DNA of 64,000 nt from Escherichia coli (GTDB taxonomy: Bacteria; Pseudomonadota; Gammaproteobacteria; Enterobacterales; Enterobacteriaceae): NCBI RefSeq assembly GCF_003019035.1, contig NZ_CP027447.1. One strand, written 5' to 3'. The notes beneath the pieces were generated by a model, which saw nothing but the letters and a program-made list of their open reading frames with translations, was not told the DNA's origin and did no database searches. The position numbers and the translations under genes are program-made. This document shows positions 9,887 to 25,525 of this stretch, piece after piece. Within the stretch, counting starts at the first letter, position 1; each line of letters opens with the position of its first letter.

Positions 9887-10880
9887 GGGTATATTCCCTG
9901 GCGTTGGTGGACAGTAACCCGGCAGCGTGGGCGATTCGCCATAATCCCTGTTCAGTGGCATTAGGAATGGCGTGTATCTGTCTGTCGGGAAAAACGTGGC
10001 TGAATGCTTGTGAATAGCGGCTGTTCAGATTTGCGCTACCGATTAAGGCGATCGGTGTTGTGGCGGGTAAATCACGTAGCAAACTGGATGCCAGACCACA
10101 TAATTCATGGCCTATCAGTAATCCGGAAAGGTAATCCCCCTGCGAGGACGACGTAAGATTACTGGTCAGCAGGCGCGAACGGGTCGAAAACAGCGTCGAT
10201 AATAATCCGGTCTGATGATGCTCTTGTGCTGCTGTCAGCCCGTGGGTGAAGGCATCCCAGTGCGGTTCATCTCCAGGATGCATGGTGGCACCGAGAATCG
10301 AATGGCGGGATAAAACATCAAATAACTCGCCCGTCATAAAGGTTCGGAAATCGGTAATGGTGTTGTTTTCAACTACTGCCCATTTCGCATGTGTGCCGGG
10401 TAAGCCTATCAGCACTGGCATACCCTGATGGATCGCGTTTTGCAGGGCCGGTTCCATCGAGATAGCACCGAAGATTTGTGTCTCTTCGCCACGCATCACT
10501 TCGGGCATTTCACCTTCTTTAATCACGCCAGGAATGATGTGCAGCATTGTCTGCTGCTGGTGGATAACAGGCGTCAACTGCTTCGCCAGACCCTCGAGAG
10601 TGACCGGGCAAGGTAAATAAGCTGCTGGTTGCCACCCTTGCGCACTGCCGAGCATGCCGCAAGCCAGTACCGGGCATGGGGTTTGTGCCAGCCAGTCGCC
10701 GCAGACACGTAAAAACGTATCGTGGAAAGCGTCCTCACGTGTTGCTGCCTGGGAGGGTAATTTCATGATCCCCCAGGGGAATTCACGTTTTTCTTGTGGA
10801 TTTGGTGATTCGCCAAAACGCCATGCCCGAAGCGATGACGTTCCCCAGTCCAGGGCAATAAATGAGGGTGCTCCCGGCAT
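9876..10880 (-). CDS. 2-dehydro-3-deoxygalactonokinase-like (DgoK family), 334 aa
   Basis: N-terminal IALDWGTSSLRAW and internal VMRGEETQIFG / GTHAKW motifs parallel E. coli DgoK; RBS AAGGAAA. Confidence 0.8.
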   Translation of the reverse strand: MPGAPSFIALDWGTSSLRAWRFGESPNPQEKREFPWGIMKLPSQAATREDAFHDTFLRVCGDWLAQTPCPVLACGMLGSAQGWQPAAYLPCPVTLEGLAKQLTPVIHQQQTMLHIIPGVIKEGEMPEVMRGEETQIFGAISMEPALQNAIHQGMPVLIGLPGTHAKWAVVENNTITDFRTFMTGELFDVLSRHSILGATMHPGDEPHWDAFTHGLTAAQEHHQTGLLSTLFSTRSRLLTSNLTSSSQGDYLSGLLIGHELCGLASSLLRDLPATTPIALIGSANLNSRYSQAFSHVFPDRQIHAIPNATEQGLWRIAHAAGLLSTNAREYTHAI

Positions 10881-10903
10881 TAGTCGTTTCCTTTAATCAT
10901 GGT

Positions 10904-11671
10904 TTATTTATCTTTGCGGACGTGCTTACCCCAGCCCAGTTCAGCGGATATCTCTTCTGCACAGGATTTGACGTAAGGTGCCAGTTCTTCCAGACGCGCC
11001 AGCGACATATACGTGGTGGTACTGGCGACAGAAATAGCCGCCACAATTTCATCCCGGGCGTTGTAAACCGGCGCTGCAACGCAACGGATAGTCGGCTCGT
11101 TCTCTTCCAGATCAAAAGCAAAACCACTGGCGGCATAACGACGCATGTTCTGAATAAATGCGCCCAGTTTTGTTTCATCACCACAGGTCTTAAACAGCGT
11201 GCGCCACTCTTCTTCTGTTCGGTTGAGGATCAATGCCTTGCCGATGCCGGTGATTGCCAGTGGCATGCGATGGCCTGGGCGTGAGCGCATTTCCAGCCCG
11301 CGCTGACTGTTGATCTTCTCCAGATACAGCACTTCGTCGCCTTCAACGATCCCCAGATGCACGGTGTCCAGGGTGTAACGGGCAAGGCGTTGCAAAACGG
11401 GCTGGGCAATTTCGTACAGCGAGGTGCTTTCCAGTGCTCTGGCACCGAATTCGATCAGTTTGGCACCCAGTTGGTAGCCCTGCGTTGGGACATGGCGCAG
11501 GTAGCGTTGTTCCACCAGAACGGTGACTAAACGATGGGTTGTGCTCCGGGTCGTGCCGGTGAACTCGCCGATACTTTTTAGGTCATGGCAGCCGTTATAA
11601 ACAGCATTAAGAACCGCCAGTCCACGTAATAACGTTTGTGCGCCTGCGGTGGTTGAAGAGGTTTCTGCCAT
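10904..11671 (-). CDS. IclR-family transcriptional regulator, about 255 aa
   Basis: N-terminal HTH region (LLRGLAVLNAV...) and C-terminal effector domain typical of IclR; start set at MAETSS (RBS AGGAGA) rather than the longer track ORF. Confidence 0.8.
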   Translation of the reverse strand: MAETSSTTAGAQTLLRGLAVLNAVYNGCHDLKSIGEFTGTTRSTTHRLVTVLVEQRYLRHVPTQGYQLGAKLIEFGARALESTSLYEIAQPVLQRLARYTLDTVHLGIVEGDEVLYLEKINSQRGLEMRSRPGHRMPLAITGIGKALILNRTEEEWRTLFKTCGDETKLGAFIQNMRRYAASGFAFDLEENEPTIRCVAAPVYNARDEIVAAISVASTTTYMSLARLEELAPYVKSCAEEISAELGWGKHVRKDK

Positions 11672-11887
11672 ACGTTTCTCCTGATGATATTGCTGAAGTG
11701 TTCCACATAATGACGTGGGGAAAAGGTGATATATCCCACAATATAAACTCCATCTCATATTGTGGGATAAAATAATGAAAATTAACGATCGTTTTGCGTA
11801 GCGCCTCGCAGGAAACTTCTTTCAAACTGGACGTTTGTACAGCACAATTCTATTTTGTGCGGGTAAGTTGTTGCGTCAGGAGGCGTT

Positions 11888-13315
11888 GTGGATTTCTCAA
11901 TCATGGTTTACGCAGTTATTGCATTGGTGGGTGTGGCAATTGGCTGGCTGTTTGCCAGTTATCAACATGCGCAGCAAAAAGCCGAGCAATTAGCTGAACG
12001 TGAAGAGATGGTCGCGGAGTTAAGCGCGGCAAAACAACAAATTACCCAAAGCGAGCACTGGCGCGCAGAGTGTGAATTGCTCAATAACGAAGTGCGCAGC
12101 CTGCAAAGTATTAACACCTCGCTGGAGGCCGATCTGCGTGAAGTGACCACGCGGATGGAAGCCGCACAGCAACACGCTGACGATAAAATTCGCCAGATGA
12201 TCAACAGCGAACAGCGCCTCAGTGAGCAATTTGAAAACCTTGCCAACCGTATTTTTGAACACAGTAATCGTCGGGTTGATGAGCAAAATCGCCAGAGTCT
12301 GAACAGTCTTTTGTCGCCGTTGCGTGAACAACTGGATGGTTTCCGCCGTCAGGTCCAGGACAGCTTTGGTAAAGAAGCCCAAGAACGTCATACCCTGACT
12401 CACGAAATCCGCAACCTCCAGCAACTCAACGCCCAGATGGCCCAGGAAGCGATCAACCTGACGCGTGCGCTGAAAGGCGACAATAAAACCCAGGGCAACT
12501 GGGGCGAGGTAGTATTGACGCGGGTGCTGGAGGCTTCCGGTCTGCGTGAAGGGTATGAATATGAAACCCAGGTCAGCATCGAAAATGACGCCCGCTCGCG
12601 GATGCAGCCGGATGTCATCGTGCGGTTGCCGCAGGGAAAAGATGTGGTGATCGACGCCAAAATGACGCTGGTCGCCTATGAACGCTATTTCAACGCCGAA
12701 GATGACTACTCCCGCGAAAGCGCGCTACAGGAACATATCGCGTCGGTACGTAACCATATCCGTTTGCTGGGACGCAAAGATTATCAACAGCTGCCGGGGC
12801 TGCGAACTCTGGATTACGTGCTGATGTTTATTCCCGTTGAACCCGCTTTTTTACTGGCGCTTGACCGTCAGCCGGAGCTGATCACCGAAGCGTTGAAAAA
12901 CAATATCATGCTGGTTAGCCCGACTACGCTGCTGGTGGCGCTGCGCACTATCGCCAACCTGTGGCGTTATGAGCATCAAAGCCGCAACGCCCAGCAAATC
13001 GCCGATCGTGCCAGCAAGCTGTACGACAAGATGCGTTTGTTTGTCGATGACATGTCCGCGATTGGTCAAAGTCTCGACAAAGCGCAGGATAACTATCGCC
13101 AGGCAATGAAAAAACTCTCTTCAGGTCGCGGAAATGTGCTGGCGCAGGCAGAAGCGTTTCGCGGTTTAGGGGTAGAAATTAAACGCGAGATTAATCCGGA
13201 TTTGGCTGAACAGGCGGTGAGCCAGGATGAAGAGTATCGACTTCGGTCGGTTCCGGAGCAGCCGAATGATGAAGCTTATCAACGCGATGATGAATATAAT
13301 CAGCAGTCGCGCTAG
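11888..13315 (+). CDS. rmuC: DNA recombination protein RmuC
   Basis: 475 aa, GTG start; N-terminal TM segment followed by long coiled-coil region; matches E. coli RmuC from memory. Confidence 0.9.
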   Translation: MDFSIMVYAVIALVGVAIGWLFASYQHAQQKAEQLAEREEMVAELSAAKQQITQSEHWRAECELLNNEVRSLQSINTSLEADLREVTTRMEAAQQHADDKIRQMINSEQRLSEQFENLANRIFEHSNRRVDEQNRQSLNSLLSPLREQLDGFRRQVQDSFGKEAQERHTLTHEIRNLQQLNAQMAQEAINLTRALKGDNKTQGNWGEVVLTRVLEASGLREGYEYETQVSIENDARSRMQPDVIVRLPQGKDVVIDAKMTLVAYERYFNAEDDYSRESALQEHIASVRNHIRLLGRKDYQQLPGLRTLDYVLMFIPVEPAFLLALDRQPELITEALKNNIMLVSPTTLLVALRTIANLWRYEHQSRNAQQIADRASKLYDKMRLFVDDMSAIGQSLDKAQDNYRQAMKKLSSGRGNVLAQAEAFRGLGVEIKREINPDLAEQAVSQDEEYRLRSVPEQPNDEAYQRDDEYNQQSR

Positions 13316-13409
13316 CCCATTGGGGGTAGTTAAGCCGGGTAGAAATCTAGGGCATCGACGCCCAATCTGTTACACTTCTGGAACAATTTTTTGATGAGCA
13401 GGCATTGAG

Positions 13410-14165
13410 ATGGTGGATAAGTCACAAGAAACGACGCACTTTGGTTTTCAGACCGTCGCGAAGGAACAAAAAGCGGATATGGTCGCCCACGTTTTCCATT
13501 CCGTGGCATCAAAATACGATGTCATGAATGATTTGATGTCATTCGGTATTCATCGTTTGTGGAAGCGATTCACGATTGATTGCAGCGGCGTACGCCGTGG
13601 GCAGACCGTGCTGGATCTGGCTGGTGGCACCGGCGACCTGACAGCGAAATTCTCTCGCCTGGTCGGAGAAACTGGCAAAGTGGTCCTTGCTGATATCAAT
13701 GAATCCATGCTCAAAATGGGCCGCGAGAAGCTGCGTAATATCGGTGTGATTGGCAACGTTGAGTATGTTCAGGCGAACGCTGAGGCGCTGCCGTTCCCGG
13801 ATAACACCTTTGATTGCATCACCATTTCGTTTGGTCTGCGTAACGTCACCGACAAAGATAAAGCACTGCGTTCAATGTATCGCGTGCTGAAACCCGGCGG
13901 CCGCCTGCTGGTGCTTGAGTTCTCGAAGCCAATTATCGAGCCGCTGAGCAAAGCCTATGATGCATACTCCTTCCATGTGCTGCCGCGTATTGGCTCACTG
14001 GTCGCGAACGACGCCGACAGCTACCGTTATCTGGCAGAATCCATCCGTATGCATCCCGATCAGGATACCCTGAAAGCCATGATGCAGGATGCCGGATTCG
14101 AAAGTGTCGACTACTACAATCTGACGGCAGGGGTTGTGGCGTTGCATCGTGGTTATAAGTTCTGA
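13410..14165 (+). CDS. ubiE: Ubiquinone/menaquinone C-methyltransferase UbiE
   Basis: 251 aa; SAM-binding motif [10 protein letters not shown]; matches UbiE. Confidence 0.95.
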
Positions 14166-14178
14166 CAGGAGACCGGAA

Positions 14179-16421
<2,243 letters not shown>

Positions 16422-16499
16422 TTTTTTCATCGCTCAAGGCGGGCTGTGTAACGTATAATGCGGCCTTGTTTAATCATCATCTACCACAGAGGAACATGT

Positions 16500-16769
16500 A
16501 TGGGTGGTATCAGTATTTGGCAGTTATTGATTATTGCCGTCATCGTTGTACTGCTTTTTGGCACCAAAAAGCTCGGCTCCATCGGTTCCGATCTTGGTGC
16601 GTCGATCAAAGGCTTTAAAAAAGCAATGAGCGATGATGAACCAAAGCAGGATAAAACCAGTCAGGATGCTGATTTTACTGCGAAAACTATCGCCGATAAG
16701 CAGGCGGATACGAATCAGGAACAGGCTAAAACAGAAGACGCGAAGCGCCACGATAAAGAGCAGGTGTAA
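16500..16769 (+). CDS. tatA: Twin-arginine translocase subunit TatA
   Basis: 89 aa from [27 protein letters not shown]; the track ORF has a spurious N-terminal extension. Confidence 0.95.
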   Translation: MGGISIWQLLIIAVIVVLLFGTKKLGSIGSDLGASIKGFKKAMSDDEPKQDKTSQDADFTAKTIADKQADTNQEQAKTEDAKRHDKEQV

Positions 16770-16772
16770 TCC

Positions 16773-17288
16773 GTGTTTGATATCGGTTTTAGCGAACTGC
16801 TATTGGTGTTCATCATCGGCCTCGTCGTTCTGGGGCCGCAACGACTGCCTGTGGCGGTAAAAACGGTAGCGGGCTGGATTCGCGCGTTGCGTTCACTGGC
16901 GACAACGGTGCAGAACGAACTGACCCAGGAGTTAAAACTCCAGGAGTTTCAGGACAGTCTGAAAAAGGTTGAAAAGGCGAGCCTCACTAACCTGACGCCC
17001 GAACTGAAAGCGTCGATGGATGAACTACGCCAGGCCGCGGAGTCGATGAAGCGTTCCTACGTTGCAAACGATCCTGAAAAGGCGAGCGATGAAGCGCACA
17101 CCATCCATAACCCGGTGGTGAAAGACAATGAAGCTGCGCATGAAGGCGTAACGCCTGCCGCTGCACAAACGCAGGCCAGTTCGCCGGAACAGAAGCCAGA
17201 AACCACGCCAGAGCCGGTGGTAAAACCTGCTGCGGACGCTGAACCGAAAACCGCTGCACCTTCCCCTTCGTCGAGTGATAAACCGTAA
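16773..17288 (+). CDS. tatB: Twin-arginine translocase subunit TatB
   Basis: 171 aa, GTG start; [25 protein letters not shown]. Confidence 0.9.
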
Positions 17289-17290
17289 AC

Positions 17291-18067
17291 ATGTCTGTAG
17301 AAGATACTCAACCGCTTATCACGCATCTGATTGAGCTGCGTAAGCGTCTGCTGAACTGCATTATCGCGGTGATCGTGATATTCCTGTGTCTGGTCTATTT
17401 CGCCAATGACATCTATCACCTGGTATCCGCGCCATTGATCAAGCAGTTGCCGCAAGGTTCAACGATGATCGCCACCGACGTGGCCTCGCCGTTCTTTACG
17501 CCGATCAAGCTGACCTTTATGGTGTCGCTGATTCTGTCAGCGCCGGTGATTCTCTATCAGGTGTGGGCGTTTATCGCCCCAGCGCTGTATAAGCATGAAC
17601 GTCGCCTGGTGGTGCCGCTGCTGGTTTCCAGCTCTCTGCTTTTTTATATCGGCATGGCGTTCGCCTACTTTGTGGTCTTTCCGCTGGCATTTGGCTTCCT
17701 TGCCAATACCGCGCCGGAAGGGGTACAGGTATCCACCGACATCGCCAGCTATTTAAGCTTCGTTATGGCGTTGTTTATGGCGTTTGGTGTCTCCTTTGAA
17801 GTGCCTGTGGCAATTGTGCTGCTGTGCTGGATGGGGATTACCTCGCCAGAAGACTTACGCAAAAAACGCCCGTATGTGCTGGTTGGTGCATTCGTTGTCG
17901 GGATGTTGCTGACGCCGCCGGATGTCTTCTCGCAAACGCTGCTGGCGATCCCGATGTACTGCCTGTTTGAAATCGGTGTCTTCTTCTCTCGCTTTTACGT
18001 TGGTAAGGGTCGAAACCGGGAAGAGGAAAACGACGCTGAAGCAGAAAGCGAAAAAACTGAAGAATAA
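17291..18067 (+). CDS. tatC: Twin-arginine translocase subunit TatC
   Basis: 258 aa polytopic membrane protein; matches TatC. Confidence 0.95.
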
Positions 18068-18108
18068 ATTCAACCGCCCGTCAGGGCGGTTGTCATATGG
18101 AGTACAGG

Positions 18109-19421
<1,313 letters not shown>

Positions 19422-19542
19422 TTACGCTAAGTTAATTATATTCCCCGGTTTGCGTTATACCGTCAGAGTTCACGCTAATTTAACAAATTTACAGCATCGC
19501 AAAGATGAACGCCGTATAATGGGCGCAGATTAAGAGGCTACA

Positions 19543-21036
19543 ATGGACGCCATGAAATATAACGATTTACGCGACTTCTTGACGCTGCTTGAACAGCAGG
19601 GTGAGCTAAAACGTATCACGCTCCCGGTGGATCCGCATCTGGAAATCACTGAAATTGCTGACCGCACTTTGCGTGCCGGTGGGCCTGCGCTGTTGTTCGA
19701 AAACCCTAAAGGCTACTCAATGCCGGTGCTGTGCAACCTGTTCGGTACGCCAAAGCGCGTGGCGATGGGCATGGGGCAGGAAGATGTTTCGGCGCTGCGT
19801 GAAGTTGGTAAATTATTGGCGTTTCTGAAAGAGCCGGAGCCGCCAAAAGGTTTCCGCGACCTGTTTGATAAACTGCCGCAGTTTAAGCAAGTATTGAACA
19901 TGCCGACAAAGCGGCTGCGTGGTGCGCCTTGCCAACAAAAAATCGTCTCTGGCGATGACGTCGATCTCAATCGCATTCCCATTATGACCTGCTGGCCGGA
20001 AGATGCCGCGCCGCTGATTACCTGGGGGCTGACCGTGACGCGCGGCCCGCATAAAGAGCGGCAGAATCTGGGCATTTATCGCCAGCAGCTGATTGGTAAA
20101 AACAAACTGATTATGCGCTGGCTGTCGCATCGCGGCGGCGCGCTGGATTATCAGGAGTGGTGTGTGGCGCATCCGGGCGAACGTTTCCCGGTTTCTGTGG
20201 CGCTGGGTGCCGATCCCGCCACGATTCTCGGTGCAGTCACCCCCGTTCCGGATACGCTTTCAGAGTATGCGTTTGCCGGATTGCTACGCGGCACCAAAAC
20301 CGAAGTAGTAAAGTGTATTTCCAATGATCTCGAAGTGCCCGCCAGTGCGGAGATTGTGCTGGAAGGGTATATCGAACAAGGCGAAACTGCGCCGGAAGGG
20401 CCGTATGGCGACCACACCGGTTACTATAACGAAGTCGATAGTTTCCCGGTATTTACCGTGACGCATATTACCCAGCGTGAAGATGCGATTTATCATTCCA
20501 CCTATACCGGGCGTCCGCCGGATGAACCTGCGGTGCTGGGTGTCGCACTGAACGAAGTGTTTGTGCCGATTCTGCAAAAACAGTTCCCGGAAATTGTCGA
20601 TTTTTACCTGCCGCCGGAAGGCTGCTCTTATCGCCTGGCGGTAGTGACGATCAAAAAACAGTACGCCGGACACGCGAAGCGCGTCATGATGGGCGTCTGG
20701 TCGTTCTTACGCCAGTTTATGTACACTAAATTTGTGATCGTTTGCGATGATGACGTCAACGCACGCGACTGGAACGATGTGATTTGGGCGATTACCACCC
20801 GTATGGACCCGGCGCGGGACACGGTGTTGGTCGAAAATACGCCTATTGATTATCTGGATTTTGCCTCGCCTGTGTCCGGGCTGGGTTCAAAAATGGGGCT
20901 GGATGCCACGAATAAATGGCCAGGGGAAACCCAGCGTGAATGGGGACGTCCCATCAAAAAAGATCCGGATGTTGTCGCGCATATTGACGCCATCTGGGAT
21001 GAACTGGCTATTTTTAACAACGGTAAAAGCGCCTGA
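19543..21036 (+). CDS. ubiD: 3-octaprenyl-4-hydroxybenzoate decarboxylase UbiD
   Basis: 497 aa; [25 protein letters not shown]...; TATAAT -10 box at about 19515-19520. Confidence 0.95.
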   Translation: MDAMKYNDLRDFLTLLEQQGELKRITLPVDPHLEITEIADRTLRAGGPALLFENPKGYSMPVLCNLFGTPKRVAMGMGQEDVSALREVGKLLAFLKEPEPPKGFRDLFDKLPQFKQVLNMPTKRLRGAPCQQKIVSGDDVDLNRIPIMTCWPEDAAPLITWGLTVTRGPHKERQNLGIYRQQLIGKNKLIMRWLSHRGGALDYQEWCVAHPGERFPVSVALGADPATILGAVTPVPDTLSEYAFAGLLRGTKTEVVKCISNDLEVPASAEIVLEGYIEQGETAPEGPYGDHTGYYNEVDSFPVFTVTHITQREDAIYHSTYTGRPPDEPAVLGVALNEVFVPILQKQFPEIVDFYLPPEGCSYRLAVVTIKKQYAGHAKRVMMGVWSFLRQFMYTKFVIVCDDDVNARDWNDVIWAITTRMDPARDTVLVENTPIDYLDFASPVSGLGSKMGLDATNKWPGETQREWGRPIKKDPDVVAHIDAIWDELAIFNNGKSA

Positions 21037-21081
21037 TGCGCGTTTGTTTTGCCCTATTTATCGATCCGACAGAGAAAGCGC

Positions 21082-21783
21082 ATGACAACCTTAAGCTGTA
21101 AAGTGACCTCGGTAGAAGCTATCACGGATACCGTATACCGTGTCCGAATCGTACCAGACGCGACCTTTTCTTTTCGTGCTGGTCAGTATTTGATGGTAGT
21201 GATGGATGAGCGTGACAAACGTCCGTTCTCAATGGCTTCGACGCCAGATGAAAAAGGGTTCATCGAGCTGCATATTGGCGCTTCTGAAATCAACCTTTAC
21301 GCGAAAGCAGTCATGGACCGCATTCTTAAAGATCATCAAATCGTGGTCGATATTCCGCACGGTGAGGCATGGCTGCGCGATGATGAAGAACGTCCGATGA
21401 TTTTGATTGCGGGTGGCACCGGGTTCTCTTATGCGCGCTCGATTTTGCTGACGGCGCTGGCGCGTAACCCAAACCGTGATATCACCATTTACTGGGGCGG
21501 GCGTGAAGAGCAGCATCTTTATGATCTCTCCGAGCTTGAGGCGCTTTCGTTGAAGCATCCTGGTCTGCAAGTGGTGCCGGTGGTTGAACAACCGGAAGCG
21601 GGCTGGCGTGGGCGTACTGGCACCGTGTTAACGGCGGTATTGCAGGATCATGGTACGCTGGCAGAGCATGATATCTATATTGCCGGACGTTTTGAGATGG
21701 CGAAAATTGCCCGTGACCTGTTTTGCAGCGAGCGTAATGCGCGGGAAGATCGCCTGTTTGGCGATGCGTTTGCATTTATCTGA
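21082..21783 (+). CDS. fre: NAD(P)H-flavin reductase Fre
   Basis: Start at [16 protein letters not shown] (233 aa); the track ORF has an N-terminal extension. Confidence 0.9.
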   Translation: MTTLSCKVTSVEAITDTVYRVRIVPDATFSFRAGQYLMVVMDERDKRPFSMASTPDEKGFIELHIGASEINLYAKAVMDRILKDHQIVVDIPHGEAWLRDDEERPMILIAGGTGFSYARSILLTALARNPNRDITIYWGGREEQHLYDLSELEALSLKHPGLQVVPVVEQPEAGWRGRTGTVLTAVLQDHGTLAEHDIYIAGRFEMAKIARDLFCSERNAREDRLFGDAFAFI

Positions 21784-21794
21784 GATATAAAAAA

Positions 21795-21813
21795 CCCGCC
21801 CCTGACAGGCGGG
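21795..21813. terminator. Stem-loop downstream of fre (cccgcc/ggcggg); putative terminator
   Basis: Inverted repeat directly after the fre stop; the A-run upstream gives a U-tract on the minus strand. Confidence 0.4.
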
Positions 21814-21854
21814 AAGAACGGCAACTAAAACTTTATACAGTGGCATTTAGATCT

Positions 21855-21970
21855 ATGTCGCATCCGGCAATCGGTGCACGATGCCTGATGCGACGCTGGC
21901 GCTTCTTATCAGACCCACATGGGTGCAGGATCGGTAGACCGGATAAGGCGTTCACGCCGCATCCGGCAAG
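21855..21970. repeat. REP/BIME cluster between fre and fadA
   Basis: Several REP-like palindromic units (gcatccggca..., gccggataaggcgttcacgccgcatccggca). Confidence 0.6.
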
Positions 21971-21973
21971 TGG

Positions 21974-23146
<1,173 letters not shown>

Positions 23147-25336
23147 TTAAGCCGTTTTCAGGTCGCCAACCGGACGGGCTGGCTCAACCGGGGGATAGTA
23201 CGGTTCGTTATGACGCGCTTTATTACGCAGACCTTCCGGCACTTCATACAGCGGGCCGAGGTGCTGATATTGTTGTGCCATATCGAGGTATTTTGCGCTA
23301 CCGAGGGTGTCCAGCCAGCGGAACGCGCCGCCGTGGAACGGAGGGAACCCCAGTCCGTAGACCAGCGCCATATCCGCTTCTGCTGGAGTGGCGATAATGC
23401 CTTCTTCCAGACAGCGCACCACTTCGTTGACCATCGGGATCATCATGCGGGCGATAATCTCTTCTTCGCTGAAATCGCGCTTCGGCTGGCTCACTTCTGC
23501 CAGCAGGTCGTCAACGACGGCATCTTCTTCTTTCTTCGGCTTGCCTTTACTGTCTTCTTTATAACGCCAGAAACCGAGGCCGTTCTTCTGACCAAAACGG
23601 TTGGCATCAAACAGCGCATCGATGGCATCGCGGTAATCTTTCTGCATCCGCTGCGGGAAGCCTGCTGCCATCACCGCCTGAGCGTGATGCGCGGTATCAA
23701 TCCCCACAACGTCCAGCAGATATGCCGGCCCCATCGGCCAGCCAAACTGTTTTTCCATCACTTTGTCGATCTTGCGGAAATCCGCGCCGTCGCGCAGCAA
23801 CTGGCTGAAACCGGCGAAATAGGGGAACAGTACACGGTTGACGAAGAAGCCGGGGCAGTCGTTAACCACAATCGGCGTTTTGCCCATCTTGCTCGCCCAG
23901 GCGACGACTTTCGCGATGGTTTCGTCGGAGCTTTTCTCGCCGCGAATAATTTCTACTAACGGCATTCGGTGGACCGGGTTAAAGAAGTGCATCCCGCAGA
24001 AGTTTTCCGGACGTTCCAGCGCGTTGGCCAGTTCGCTGATAGGAATGGTTGAAGTGTTAGACGCCAGTACGGTATCCGGGCGTACTTTTTGTTCGGTTTC
24101 TGCCAGTACGGCTTTTTTCACTTTCGGGTTTTCAACAACCGCTTCTACCACAACATCCACGCGGTCAAACCCGGCGTAGTCGAGCGTTGGGTGAATTGTG
24201 GAGATCACGCCAGCCAGTTTCAGACCATCGATCTTGCCGCGCTCAAGCTGCTTGTTCAGCAGTTTCGCGGCTTCGGTCATGCCGAGGGTTAACGACTTGT
24301 CGTTGATATCTTTCATGACAACCGGCACGCCTTTCCACGCAGACTGGTAAGCGATGCCGCCGCCCATAATGCCTGCGCCCAGCACAGCGGCCTGTTTCGG
24401 GGTTTCAACATCTTTGGTGAGTTTCTTCGCTTTACCTTTTACATATTGATCGTTAAGGAAAATGCCGACCAATGCGCGGGCTTCGTTGGTATGCGCCAGC
24501 GGGACAAAACTTTTGTTTTCCAGGTTTAAGGCTTCTTCACGACCAAAACGGGCCGCAGCTTCAATGGTTTTTACTGCGGTGATGGGGGCCGGATAATGTT
24601 TCCCCGCCGTTTGCGCGACCATCCCTTTAGCGATGGTGAAGCTCATGGTGGCTTCAATCTTGCTCAGTTTTAGCGGTTCCAGCTTCGGCTGACGTTTTGC
24701 TTTCCAGTCGAGGTCGCCGTTAATGGCCTGACGTAAAATCGCCTTCGCGCCTTCAACCAGTTTTTCTGCTTTGACTACGCCATCCACCAGACCGATTTTC
24801 AGCGCCTGATCCGCGCCGACATCTTTACCGGCGGCAATGATTTCCAGCGCACTGTCAGCGCCCAGCATACGTGGCATACGTACAGAACCGCCAAAGCCCG
24901 GCATGATGCCCAGTTTGGTTTCCGGCAGACCGATGCGCAGATCCGGCGTCGCCAGACGATAATCGGTCGCCAGCACGCATTCGCAGCCACCGCCCAGCGC
25001 ATAGCCGTTGACGGCAGCAATGGTCGGCACCGGCAGATCTTCCAGGCGATTAAACACGCTATTGGCAAAGTGCAGCCACTGACTTAACTGTTCTTCAGGA
25101 ACGAGGAACAGGGACAAAAATTCGGTGATATCAGCACCGACGATAAAGGCTGCTTTGTTCGAACGCAGCAGCAGCCCTTTTAGATCTGATTGCTGTTCCA
25201 GCACGCCGATGGCCTCGCCGAGGCTGGCGACGGTGGCAGTGTCGAGTTTATTAACTGAACCTGGGGCATCAAATACCAGTTCGGCAATGCCATCTTCCAG
25301 CCAGTCAAGGTACAGGGTGTCGCCTTTGTAAAGCAT
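23147..25336 (-). CDS. fadB: Fatty acid oxidation complex alpha subunit FadB
   Basis: Start at [27 protein letters not shown] (729 aa); the track ORF (771 aa) is an upstream extension. Confidence 0.95.
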   Translation of the reverse strand: MLYKGDTLYLDWLEDGIAELVFDAPGSVNKLDTATVASLGEAIGVLEQQSDLKGLLLRSNKAAFIVGADITEFLSLFLVPEEQLSQWLHFANSVFNRLEDLPVPTIAAVNGYALGGGCECVLATDYRLATPDLRIGLPETKLGIMPGFGGSVRMPRMLGADSALEIIAAGKDVGADQALKIGLVDGVVKAEKLVEGAKAILRQAINGDLDWKAKRQPKLEPLKLSKIEATMSFTIAKGMVAQTAGKHYPAPITAVKTIEAAARFGREEALNLENKSFVPLAHTNEARALVGIFLNDQYVKGKAKKLTKDVETPKQAAVLGAGIMGGGIAYQSAWKGVPVVMKDINDKSLTLGMTEAAKLLNKQLERGKIDGLKLAGVISTIHPTLDYAGFDRVDVVVEAVVENPKVKKAVLAETEQKVRPDTVLASNTSTIPISELANALERPENFCGMHFFNPVHRMPLVEIIRGEKSSDETIAKVVAWASKMGKTPIVVNDCPGFFVNRVLFPYFAGFSQLLRDGADFRKIDKVMEKQFGWPMGPAYLLDVVGIDTAHHAQAVMAAGFPQRMQKDYRDAIDALFDANRFGQKNGLGFWRYKEDSKGKPKKEEDAVVDDLLAEVSQPKRDFSEEEIIARMMIPMVNEVVRCLEEGIIATPAEADMALVYGLGFPPFHGGAFRWLDTLGSAKYLDMAQQYQHLGPLYEVPEGLRNKARHNEPYYPPVEPARPVGDLKTA

Positions 25337-25361
25337 GTCAGTCTCCTGAATCCGCAAGGTG

Positions 25362-25378
25362 ATCTGGTCGTACCAGAT
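25362..25378. promoter_or_regulatory. FadR operator in the fadBA promoter
   Basis: atctggtcgtaccagat palindrome about 25 bp upstream of the fadB start; matches the known FadR site (ATCTGGTACGACCAGAT on the coding strand). Confidence 0.7.
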
Positions 25379-25525
25379 GTATCGAAGTGTGTATTTTGTG
25401 TTAAAAATATGCAAATAAAAGATTAAAGAAATGCCGATCTGATCACGCTCGGCAGAAATCACGCTCTGGATGAACGATGTGCTAAGATGCGGAGACTTAA
25501 GGTCAAAAAAACAGAAGGGTAAAAA

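Noticed and set aside
6233-11671. Possibility that the udp-rmuC islet or the left-edge cluster is a phage-defence or toxin-antitoxin system
   Set aside because: All encoded proteins have metabolic or transport family signatures; no nuclease, ATPase/helicase, methyltransferase, small toxin-antitoxin pair or integrase is present.
18071-18092. Inverted repeat caaccgcccgtcagggcggttg between tatC and tatD as a terminator
   Set aside because: No U-tract follows on the plus strand, and tatD is thought to be co-transcribed with tatABC; at most an RNA stability element.
21855-21970. Clustered palindromic repeats here and at 44211-44296, 49001-49040 and 58828-58907, considered as a possible CRISPR array
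   Set aside because: These are REP/BIME-type imperfect palindromes of 30-40 bp without regularly spaced identical direct repeats or unique spacers; no cas genes in the window.
23147-25462. N-terminally extended versions of several ORF-track entries (fadB 771 aa, glnG 489 aa, fre 244 aa, tatA 103 aa, yihI 190 aa, yihD 99 aa, ysgA 291 aa, ompL 252 aa, IclR 284 aa)
   Set aside because: In each case an internal start with a proper RBS reproduces the known or expected protein N-terminus; the extensions begin at upstream ATG/GTG/TTG codons without an RBS.
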